A stretch of DNA of 64,000 bases from Ptychomitrium polyphyllum (taxonomy: Eukaryota): NCBI GenBank assembly GCA_973851085.1, contig OZ316776.1, forward strand, positions 3,162,001 through 3,226,000. Direction: 5' to 3'. Below are positions 53,201 to 64,000 of this stretch, piece by piece. Positions within the stretch are counted from its first letter, which is position 1. Every line of letters begins with the position of its first letter. A program made the translations under genes and the position numbers. Under the pieces are notes generated by a model. It worked only from the letters and a program-made list of their open reading frames with translations, was not told the origin of the DNA and searched no databases.

Positions 53201-56200
53201 CGGCTTGATTTACGTTTTTTGATCCTGTCTTTCCAGCATGTCTTACATTAGGTTGTTACGACGATGTAACTTATGGTATTATGTTCCACTGATCGAACCT
53301 ATATTGCCAATTGTCTAATGACGCGGATCAACGCAACCCTGATATTAATCAGTACTTATTATAAGAAGTACATGGGGTAACCTGTGGACAGTTTCAGAAG
53401 GGATCACGCTCTAATACTCGAGCTAACGTTAGGTGTCTAAGTTTAAGACTCGCTGTTCTTCCATCAGATTTTTCTCCTTATGGCTGACTCTAGTTTGGGT
53501 TTTGTTGTTTGTTGAACAGTCTTGTGAATGACACTTTGCAAGCCCTTGAAGATGGGGGCTGTTTGAGAGTGAACGAAGATAACACAGTCGAATCGTTGGT
53601 GATGGGCACTGTTGCATCACAGTACTATTTGCACTACACAACTGTTGCACTATTTAGTGCCAATATTCGTGCAGATACATCTCTTGAGGTAAAGGGCTGC
53701 TATGAAGGATAGTTCTTGTTGCCAGTACGTAATAGTTGGTTGAAAGTGTTCTCATGAAGTCTATCCTTGCCATATGATGTGAAGTTTGATTGTGAAGTTT
53801 ATTCTATGACATGGCCAATTACACCACTTAAATAAACTGTTTTATTTTCAACTGAGATCACTCGTCGCTACATGCATGTGTTGACCTATCCATGTTTGAG
53901 CTGAGCTGTTTATGTCCATTGCTGAACTGGATGTCTGTTTTATGATGCAGGCTCTTCTCCATGTTCTAAGTGGGGCCGCAGAGTTTGATGAGTTGCCAGT
54001 TCGACACAATGAGGTTAAATTCTTTGGGTTGTTTTCTTTGGGTTCAGCTTTGTTGAGGTTTTGACATATTATGGTTTGTAGTGCTTCGATATCAGTTAGA
54101 CTGTGATTTTACTTTGTAGACCTGGAGCTTGTAATTTGCTCGTAGTTACTAACGAATGAAGCGCGGATGTTCAGGAGAAATTCAACGAGGGGTTAGCTAA
54201 GGAAGTACGTTGGCCTGTCGACATGCGTGCCCTTGACGACCCACATGTGAAGACAAATCTGTTACTTCAGGTACTTGCGGAGTCTAAAACCCAACTTAGC
54301 GCATGTAGTTCTCAAGATGTGGTCAAAGTATACCTATCTTGTACCAACTGTACCTGACTATCGTGGTAATCTTGTGCATTTTGGCATGAACAGGCTCATT
54401 TCTCAAGGATTAGCTTACCTGTAAGCGACTACATCACAGATACCAAGTCCGTCCTAGATCAAAGTATACGTGTGTTGCAAGCCATGGTAGACGTGGCTGC
54501 CAACGGCGGCTGGCTTGAAACCGTTCTCTCTACCATGCATCTCCTTCAGATGATTATGCAGGTTTCTATCTGGCCCTGCAACTTGTAGAAGTGTAGAATG
54601 CTTGCAGATATCTCATGTTGGTTATGTATTTGTGGGCTTGATTGCCATGAAGCACTACATACCTTGAATGTTGTCATTTCTTTGGGTTGTCTTTAGTAAC
54701 AGAAGTGATCAATTACTCTGACTTAAGTGTATCTATCATCTTTTTGGGCCCCATGTTGTTCAGTTGTTCTGCTGTTAATTGTACAAGATAGTGTAAATTT
54801 GACTCAATGATTTGTACGTTTATTCAGGGCCGCTGGTGGGAGAAGGATGTGCGATTGGCGCTGAATATGTTGCCACACGTGAACGGGGAGGTATTGTCTG
54901 TTTTAAAAGATCGTGGCATAGTCACTGGACACGACTTGCTCTCAAGCTCAACTGATCATGTGAGAGGGGCTCTAAGGACTGTTATTGGTCCTCCACAAGT
55001 CACGGAATTCCTGCAGGTGTGTAAGCAGTGCATTAAGCTTTTTTGGGATCTGTTCGGGGAGATTTTAGACTGCATTGGTGCTTCTGCGAACAGCTTACAT
55101 CTTCAGTATGGCTTGGCTATGCTACCTTGTCGCTCGTTTGCTAATTTTCATCATCAGAGAAGGTTTTGATGAATTTGTTGGGAGCATTTGAATAATTGTA
55201 AGCTTTGAAGAGCTCAAACATGAATAAATTCTGCAGTACATGAAGCTCTTGATAACCTTTTATGAGATAGAAGGCTTAAATTATATTGTGAGTATTGTTG
55301 CGTTTATATGCGTAATGAAGAGTACATGAATGTTTTTCTCAATTTTCAATTTCTGCAAAACTATACACTTATTGAACGAGGGAGAATGTTTATGACGAGT
55401 GCCGTGGAAGGTTAATCTTATACTCACATAGGCCTAAGCTATTTACCAAGAAATGACTTAAAGATGACATTTCAGGTATGGATGGGGTTGCCTCGTGTGG
55501 AAGTGATGTGGAGGTTGGAGCCAAGTAGCAGAGATAAGAACCGGGAGTGGGTTTTGCGAGTTGAACTTTACAGACACTTTCTAAAACGGATGCCAAATGC
55601 CAGAGCTTATGTGCCTCACTTTCCAAAGGTTTGGTCTTTATAACAGTATCCCTTCATTTTACGAGAAGAAATATACTACTAACAATTACTTCTGTTAAAT
55701 TGGTTTCTTTTTCTAACGTACTCTCAGTTCTCACGACACATATACTACTTGTCTTTAGCTCTCAAAACAAACTTGACTCAAAATTACCTGGTACTGTAGG
55801 GGAAAGATGAAGGCTGGTGGCTGGTGGCTGGAAATCCAAAGACGCGTGAAGTCTTTGCATTGAAACGGGTCACCTTTTTGGAGCACCTTAAGTCCAACTT
55901 GGTTCTACCAAAACATTTGAAACCTGAATCGGAGGTAAAATTGTTGCCCGGAAAGTCGTTTAAGCATTCCTTAACTGCCTAGATTCTCTTCAGGGACCTC
56001 TGGATGGATGGTAGAAATTTTTGATTTGTTCAGGTCAACCTCAATTGCATTAAGGTTCTGCTTTGGAACTTATTAGGTTGAATCAGAATGCTGCCCTTTT
56101 TAATGCATTTGCAAGACTTGAGATTAGCATTTCTACTTAGCGGCACAAACTTTAAAAAGGCTAGTCTTGTGGGTTTTAGATCCCCCCTTGATGTTAAATG

Positions 56201-56320
56201 CTGGGATGTTCGCTTACAAGGCCTATTCCATCTGTGTATGTGCAGCCTATAAAACTCTATCTGGTGTCAGACTGCTATGTTGGGCTTGACCAAGAGCATG
56301 AAATCCGAGGTGCATCTTGA
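38204..56320 (+). CDS. DExH14: DExH-box ATP-dependent helicase DExH14 / ASCC3 (Slh1) homolog: two Ski2-like helicase cassettes each with Sec63 domain; about 50 exons
   Basis: First exons 38204-38218 (MGIKQ), 38939-39051 ([10 protein letters not shown]...[13 protein letters not shown]) and 39317-39381; last exon 56246-56320 ([15 protein letters not shown]). Cassette 1: APTGAGKT 41899-41922, DEVH 42894-42905, [39 protein letters not shown]. Cassette 2: APTGSGKT 49284-49307, DEIH 50217-50228, [31 protein letters not shown]. The motifs [25 protein letters not shown] and [12 protein letters not shown] fit ASCC3 rather than Brr2. Confidence 0.92.
38337..38834. promoter_or_regulatory. Telo-box / interstitial telomere motifs in DExH14 intron 1
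   Basis: TTAGGGTTT at 38337-38345, TAGGGTTT at 38359-38366 and TAGGGTTTAGGGTTTAGGG at 38816-38834. Confidence 0.5.
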
Positions 56321-56699
56321 TGTAAAGAGAATTAATTTGAGATCAGTACAGAAATGTCGGCAGAGGACTTGATTAAGGCAGCACGAGAACACAAGCTGCT
56401 GTATGGAATACAACAAGAAGTTTTTGAGATATTAGATTATACAGTGCTAATTTGTGTATTAATTTTTGCCACGAGCATTTATATCAGTCAATGCTCATGC
56501 TACTTCTGCTTATTGAGCTACTTGATTCATGAAGTAATTCAACTCGAGCAAAAGTAGACATGCTAACTGATTCTCTGTAAGGCCGTCCTGAAAACATGTT
56601 CTTATACATTTAATGTTAAGATAGGTGTTAACATTGAAGATACGTTCCTCTCCCATTGTATCCAATAAATGTGACTTAAAAGCCTTCCTATGGTGGAGG

Positions 56700-58120
56700 A
56701 AGCAAAAGCAAATTGTTCCTTATTCCAAATGCAAAGTAATATTATTGTTTGGATATTTCATGAATGTTGTAGAGTTTGTGAATGTATGAAATAAAAGAGT
56801 AGAATATCTTAACCCTTAAACATTAGATCCAACCTTCACGTGATCCAATTTGAAGAATTGAGATTTTTTCATTATTCAAAATATTTTGATCATGAATTTT
56901 GAATAGTAAAGAAAAGATTTTGCAAATTTTTCTTAAACATCATTAACAATAGAAATAGTGTGTATCTTATATTTTTAGAGATTGATTAGCTTCTATATTT
57001 TGATATCAAAATTGAAAATACTCTAATTTTTTAGTTAGAAACATCCATTTTGGAATTAATAATGGCATGATGAAATGTCCATAGTATGATGTTTTTACTA
57101 CCTTTTTGATATTTTGTATTCATAGTATAGAAATTCATCATGTCTTTGAAGTAGTAGAAATTATTTTCAATGAATTATTTTCACAAGCCTATAATGGTGC
57201 AAAGAATGTATTGAAGTAATAAATTATGTTTATTATATTTAAGCACTAAAAATAAATATATGATTGAATTTTCATACAATGCGTAGAAACTTCTGAATCA
57301 ATACTTAGTTCTAATAAATCTCCAAAGTTGGTTCTATGTTGTATTCATGGCATGGATGTGTATTTATAGTATTTCTAATAATATAGGCTATGTTATCTAA
57401 AAATTATAAACTAATTATTTTGTAATGAAAGGCTTCAAATCAAATGGCAGCTTGATAGTAGACATCAGTTGGATGGTAGACATCATGTAAAGGCTTTGCC
57501 TCATATTAAGAACATTTGGTGTTCGAATCCAGATGGCAACCCTTGCATAGATTCAAGACCTCTGCATCTTCACCCACACCTAAACTAAATTGAAGCGTAA
57601 CTGAATCAAATTTAGTTATGATGTGGGTGTAGGTGTAGATGTATTGGTTCTATGCAAATAAACTAATTTTTTGCCTATAATTTATTTGCATTTCCTTTGT
57701 AAGTTCCTAATCATTAACATTATTTATTGGATACAAATTAGCAACTAGCTACAAATTAAAGCATGCATATTTAAAACTAATATTATTACTCTTATTTATG
57801 GATTTATAAAAATGACTAATAATGGAAGGAAAGTAAAATAAGTAAAAACCAAATTTCTTCCATGTATTATAATATAACTTATGTATTTATATAACAAAAA
57901 CACTTTAAAACAATCCAAAAACACTTAAAAACAATCCAGATAGCTCCTCTATAATTAAAAAAATCATATAATTCCTATAATTCAAAATCACTTTATCACT
58001 TTATGTCTTTATATAAATTTTTTTGGCTACGTTCACTTTCCTACACTTCTTAAGAAAATTTACCATAAAAAGCCAATCAACTAAAAAAATTAAAAAAAAA
58101 AAAAAAAAAAAAAAAGCATC
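56700..58120. other. AT-rich intergenic island between DExH14 and G-beta, with 21-bp tandem repeat and poly(A)
   Basis: AAAAACACTT(T/A)AAAACAATCC x2 at ~57896-57938 and an A-run at ~58092-58115. Confidence 0.65.
57543..57657. mobile_element. Short foldback element (MITE-like relic)
   Basis: TTGCATAGA (57543-57551) is the reverse complement of TCTATGCAA at the right end. Internal arms TGCATCTTCACCCACACC..AACTAAATT pair imperfectly with AATTTAGTT..GGGTGTAGGTGTAGATGTA. No clear target-site duplication. Confidence 0.4.
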
Positions 58121-58796
58121 CACAAATAATCATCCGGAATCTAGGAACCCAGAAAGGTTACATTCCGAGGGTGAAAAAAAATAAAAGAAAATGCTCATCT
58201 GTGTCCTATCAAAAATGACCACGGCTCGCCTGCACAGTAACAGAAAATTTACTGGGGTTAGAACCAGACCTCCAGGCCCAAAAGTTAACCATGGTAGAGT
58301 CACGGTAACTTTGTCGGTTTGGCGTTTCCACAGCACAAGCTCAGAAGCCTCTGCAGCTCACAAATAGCACTCTCTCTGTCTCTCGCTCGCTTGCAGCTAT
58401 GGCGGCCCCCTTTGCTCGCTCCCCATGACACCACCGGTATGGCAACTGCCCCCACGTTCCTGATCATCACCACCGGAAACCAGGCAACTCATCCTGTGTT
58501 TGAGATGGGAGAACAGTGAGTGGATGTCACCTCGAGACCAAGCAACCATTCTAGTGATGGTGTGGGGGTGGTGGCCTTATGGTGATGGTGATGGTGATGG
58601 TGGAGCAGGGGTAAAAAAGGTGCTGGTTTTTGTGAGGGCTGGTGAGGTTCGGAGCTTGGGGATGGGGTGGGGAGAGGTGATGAGGTGAGAGGATGGTGGA
58701 GGTGGTTGTGATGGTCTTGTTGGCGAGGAGAGGAGGTCGTTGGGTGTGGAGTGTGGGGTGGGGGTGTCGGTGGAGTGGTTGAGTTCCGGGGCAGAC

Positions 58797-61529
58797 ATGT
58801 CTGCCGAGAGCGCGACGAAGCTGGCCAGAGCTGAAGTGCAGAGCTTGCGGGAGCAATTGCAGAAGAAGAGGGCGGCACTGCGCGATACTGATGGTAAGTC
58901 CCTTTTTGTTTTCTACCGACTTTTTGTTTTCTTCGTAAAAATGGGTCCTTGATGGTCCGTTGGGCGATGCCAGGTGGGGGAGAGTGAGAGAGTGAGAGAG
59001 CTCTGTTGTGTGGAGAAATTTCTAGGGGAGTTGAGAGTTCGTACAATGTGCTGTGGTCAAAACTACAGTATTTCAGTCTTGTTGTTCACGTACTTTGGAA
59101 ACGGATGCTTGCATCCACAGTATGTTGGTTCTAAGATTGTTATTTTGGGTGTGTCATGGTTACTAGCAGGGCTGACGGCCGGCTGACGTGTGAACTATGT
59201 TTATATCCATATTTGAAAGAGTACAGCAGTTTCTGCTAGTAACCGAACCACTGATTTTTGGACATCTTTAGGGATAAGAGATAAATCTTGTGAACATGAA
59301 ATTTCAGAGACTCTCTGGTGACCTAGGAGTGAGGTCTATATTTTTGGATTCTCTTCTCTCGAGAAGAACTGTTATTGTTTTGTTAGGAGGGTTCTTTTGA
59401 ATTGCAAACTGACTGATGTAGAACCTTTGGAATTGATGGGATGAGCAGTAGCCACATATGCGCAAACTCACGGATCCAAGCAGGTGGAGGTAAACAACAG
59501 CTCTTTCAAGTGCTGTAGAAATCTGCAAGGACACACAGGCAAGGTAGGTCTGCTTCATTTTATTATGTCCTATCCTCCACTTAGTTCACGATTTTGTGTT
59601 TGCTGTAAAGATGTGAACACAACCGGCTCTGCTACAACCTGATTAGATAGCTCATGAATGTCATACTCAGTTAGGTTTTGCTTTCTGTGGTCTAATTATT
59701 GCGCTTCGTGACACGGACTTTAGCTTAGGTTTTGGTCGAGTTAGACACAGAAGGATTGAGCTTGTGTAACAAGGCATGAAGTCACATCATTTCTCTCTAG
59801 TAACCATCCTAAGCAACAGCTCTGGTAATCTACAATGCCCCAGGGGTTTGAAATGGTTCACAAGGGCAACAAATACTGAGTCTTGAGGATTGTGCTTGAA
59901 CAGATATATTCACTTGATTGGTCATACCGAGAGACCTCGCGAATTGTGTCAGCATCGCAAGATGGCAGGCTCATTGTGTGGAACGCTATTTCGAGCCAGA
60001 AGACACATGCTTTTAAGTTGGCTTGCGCTTGGGTCATGGCAGCTGCCATTTCACCTGGTGGCACCGCGGTTGCATGCGGTGGCCTAGACAATGTTTGCTC
60101 CATTTTTAACCTTAACTCAGCACCTGATAAGGAAGGGAATCTGCCCGTATCAGGTTCACTGACGGGCCACACGGGTTATCTCTCGTGTTGTAAATATATA
60201 CCAACTCAAGAAGAACGCATTATTACGAGCTCAGAAGATCATACTTGTAGGCTTTGGGATGCGGAAACTCAGAATTGCATTAGCGTTTTTGGAGATGACA
60301 TTTCGACTGGTCATACGGGGGACGTCATGAGGTGGGTGTTGCCGCTTTTATAGCTATTAACAATATTGAAGAGTTCTCTGCCCCGATGCAAATCGAGAGC
60401 GCATGAACTTTTTCAATTGTATGCGACGTTGGAGATAAATTTCAAGATCTCCATGACTCGACCGAGATACTGCAAACTTTAGTCTTTAACAAGAGTACTG
60501 AATGAATAAACAGCACCGATAATTTGTGTTAAAGTCTACTTCTACTGGTAGCAATAACTGATAAATTTCCAGGACAAGTATTGTGTTTTTAAGTGTCGTC
60601 TGAATATATGGATTTTTTGCAATCCTTGCTGGAAGTTCCATTTCTAATCATAATGAGTTGTTGGATATGAGAATTTTATAGGAAGTGTAATGAGTTGAAG
60701 CATGTTATTTTGCCATGACTAACGGATAATGGTGTGATGATGGTAACAGTGTATCTGTCAGCTCAAGCAACCCCAACATGTTTATCTCTGGCTCATGTGA
60801 CAAAACCGCTAAGCTGTGGGACATCAGGACACCTGCCCGAGCGCAACGTACCTTCCATGGCCACGATGGTGATGTTAATACCGTGCACATTCTGTCAGGG
60901 GACTGCTACTTTGGAACTGGCAGTGACGATGGTAGCTGCCGACTCTTTGATATTAGCACTGGGCATGAGTTGCAGCAATATTGGGACAAAGAGGCTCTTG
61001 CGCGAGGTTCAGTTATCGTTACTTCAATAGCTGTTTCACGGTCAGGGCGCCTTCTCTTTGCAGGCTACTCAAACGGCAATTGCTATGTCTGGGACACTTT
61101 GTTGGCTAAGGTATATATGACTTTCTGAGATGGATACTGCTCACGTACATCTTTAGATGCTACTGTCGTGAAACGAATTATGATTGCCCAAGGATACCAA
61201 CTGACATGTTTTAGTAGTCGGTATTTACTTTTCTTTAAAGTTACACATAGGCACAGTTAGATTTTTGTGCTCAGATGTTCGTCCATCTGCAGGTGGTGGC
61301 AAACTTGGGTGGAGGCAGAGTCGAGGGGCATACCAATCGTGTAAGCTGCCTAGCATTAGCGGCTGACGGCGATGCGCTTTGCACAGGAAGTTGGGACACG
61401 ACTCTTAAGGTGTGTGCTCTACATAACGAATTTCTCTTCTGCCTTTGACAAGACTGGGATATTCCACTGACACCTAAATTGCTTCATTTGTAATTTCAGG
61501 TGTGGTCTTATGCTGGAAAGAAGTCATAA
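58797..61529 (+). CDS. GB1: Heterotrimeric G-protein beta subunit (AGB1-like, 7 WD40), 6 exons
   Basis: Exons 58797-58893, 59449-59543, 59904-60331, 60750-61110, 61293-61409 and 61500-61529. N-terminal coiled coil, then [112 protein letters not shown] and [13 protein letters not shown]. Confidence 0.95.
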
Positions 61530-62439
61530 TTCAATGAATACCGAGAGCAGCAACTTCTCTAAGTAACTTAGCAAAACGTTTGATATACTCGTCGTTCGCT
61601 GGGGGTCCTGTATGGGAGCATTACGAGGTGTATTTTATGGACGCACTACACTTGGCATACGGTGTATGTAAAATACGAAGCTGATTTCTTGACCAAATGC
61701 AGGTCAGTGTCTGGGCTTTCCAGAACGTATTCATTAATGCTTGCTGAGCTCCCTAAATGTAGAGATAGGAACAGGTGTTAAGAAACACGAAAGATATAAC
61801 CAGCTGCATTGATTCTTTACGACTCTTTAAAGTCACGCAACTTTCAGTTTGTACTGCAAGATCAAATTTTGGTTTGTGCTATGATTATCTGGTGAATACC
61901 GAATTCGTAGGATATTGCTCACAAGGTTAGACATGCTCAGTTATTTATTTAAAATGTACAAGCCATTATTATGTTGCCTTCGACTCGTATTTATTGGCAG
62001 TGGATCTTTAGCCCTGCTGCTTTCGGCCCCACTTTTAGGTTTACGTTTAAGTGTTATATGCGCTGAATGCATTGTTGAAACTTGAAATTACACACTTCTC
62101 TACGCACAACACTGCGGGATATCTGCAACTAGATCCCTGGAGTTCTGTCGTTTACATGTAGAATTGACCCTACTGTCGACACTTCAAAAGTGCATGGTAA
62201 TACAATTAAGCAAACTCAGAAATTTAAAAGAACCTGAGCAATGGAGTTCAGGCGATTACGCAGGGCACATAAATATTTCATCTAAACGTTACGCTCCATC
62301 GAGCTGCTTTACACTTCACCTCGAAATGCGTACCCATTTCGAGTGAGATAAACACGAGTGAGCACACTAGTGTAGTGGGTAGGCTACACACCGCACACTA
62401 GGTGTAATTTTAGTCTCTTATCCTAAGCTTATCGGCAAA

Positions 62440-63460
62440 GGACTCACCGTCAACTGCCTCTCCAGGAAACATAATGGCGCTGAAGCTAACCCACTCCAGA
62501 ACTGTGCCGGTGCCTACATCTTCCTGGATACTGAAGAACTTTGCTCTTCATCAAGAAGGGTACAGCTCAGACGCTGCACTCTGGAGTCACTATGGTGGTT
62601 CTTCCCAAGAGGCTTCCCTTTCTATGATGCAGCTCCAACCTATTTGGTACTTCGCCAAGCCCTCGTCGCTTTCTGCGAGTAGAACCAAATTCGAAACTGT
62701 GCTGGTGTTCATGACCATGGTTTTTGCACAGTCCCTTGCAAAAGGCCGAGTCGATGGCACTCACAACAGCCTCTCTTTTCCCAGTAAGCAAGTTGTGATA
62801 TCAACTTTCGTGATTGTGGAAACCCCACCCTGATCTGCTGATCTTCAGAATCTCTGAAATCCCTTTCATTCTGATCGTAATTCTTGTGTCGTCAGTTAAG
62901 CAGAGAACAATTTGCTTATCTGTCCCCTCGTGGAAATATCGAAAGTCGGGAACTAGGAGTACGGATGTGCACTCTGACCCAAAATAAGGAGGATGGGTAC
63001 TTCAGTCACAATGTGACCGATTTCGTAGACTTAAAATCGTCAGCTTGGTATGCCATCAATTTTGCAGACACTCTGAAGATCAAATACGACATCAATTTAG
63101 GGTACTTTAGTGTAACCTTAGCTCGGTCAACCCTAGACCCCGCCCTGGAGTTGCACCGGTAATCAAAGCATTCTATGGGAACATAATAAGTGACTTTCAA
63201 GTTCTTCACCGTCTCATTGGGGATGTCAACAGCAAAAGCGCCGCCTCTCCTTGCAACCACCAGGTGGCTCTTGTGAACGCAGTTGACGGTTGTGACGTAA
63301 CCCTGGTCGACGTAGAATGCGTCAGGACTGCTCGACAGCCCAAAAAACGTGCCCTCTCCTGTCTCGTACACAAAAGAACGCTTTCGGGCAGCTCGACAAT
63401 CCTTATTCCTGAGTCATCCAGGATTTCAAGTAAAGTTCTGTCTGAGAATCGTGCTATACC
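62440..63460 (-). pseudogene. Coding-like, frame-disrupted segment (possible pseudogene or partial gene), family unrecognised
   Basis: Balanced GC and a run of protein-like minus-strand frames (63006-63371 ORF; LVPDFRYFHEGTDKQIVLCLTDD; YHNLLTGKREAVVSAIDS; TMVMNTSTVSNLVLLAESDEG) that are broken by stops and frame changes without clear introns. Confidence 0.3.
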
Positions 63461-64000
63461 TACTAAACTTCACGAATCTCAACTACAAGCATTAAATTAA
63501 AAAGATTGTTTTAGAAAATATTACCCGCTGAGATTTAACTGTGCTTACTTGACAGGATGCTAACCACAGTACATTCTTCAGAAGCGCATATCACGTAGTC
63601 ATAAAAGCCACAAAATCAAAAAGTTAAAAACAATAATAGCTCTTTGCTCTCGAATATCAATCTGGTTCAAAGGAATAGACATCTGGTCTGCTTCCATACC
63701 AATTGCCACAGAGCTGTGCAGAAACAATTACTAAAAAAAATTCTTGAAACCATTGACACGTGCAGACTCTTGATATCAAATGCCAGGACTCCACACCTCA
63801 TTATCAAGTATGCTTTGTGCCACAAGCATGATAATCAAAATTTTCATACATAAAAAAAACGGTACAATCTTCTGCAAAGCTTGTGCATTTGAGATGACAA
63901 TAAAATTTCAAAACTGCCAAGACGTCATAATGCTATAACTCATCCTCCGTTGCTGCTGGCCATATTGCACTAAATTCTGGCAACTAGGTATTGCTAACAG

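Noticed and set aside
38204..56320. Search for U12 (AT-AC) or GC-AG introns, or disablements, in the helicase gene
   Set aside because: All junctions I traced are GT-AG and phase-consistent, so nothing non-canonical is supported.

Overview
This is eukaryotic, intron-rich plant nuclear DNA with GT-AG introns and TTTAGGG telo-boxes. The gene style suggests a bryophyte such as a moss, but that is an inference. Nine protein-coding genes can be reconstructed by hand. In order: an organellar 30S ribosomal protein bTHX/S31 (-) head-to-head with the pre-rRNA processing factor ESF1 (+); a two-B3-domain REM-like protein (+); a 145-aa orphan with a C-terminal hydrophobic helix (+); a RING-pseudokinase-WD40 protein (+); a DUF604/Fringe-like glycosyltransferase (+) convergent with ethanolamine-phosphate cytidylyltransferase PECT1 (-); a ~50-exon ASCC3/DExH14 double-cassette Ski2-like helicase (+); and a divergent heterotrimeric G-protein beta subunit (+). 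Three very AT-rich, ORF-poor islands (~15.1-17.5, 33.4-37.4 and 56.7-58.1 kb) separate the gene blocks, and a frame-broken coding-like segment lies at ~62.4-63.5 kb. I found no CRISPR array, intact transposon, rRNA or convincing tRNA, and no clear multi-gene novel system. The most notable oddities are a duplicated start-codon region that forms a decoy uORF, a stop-free in-frame intron splitting a B3 domain, a divergent G-beta, the orphan membrane protein and several relic elements.
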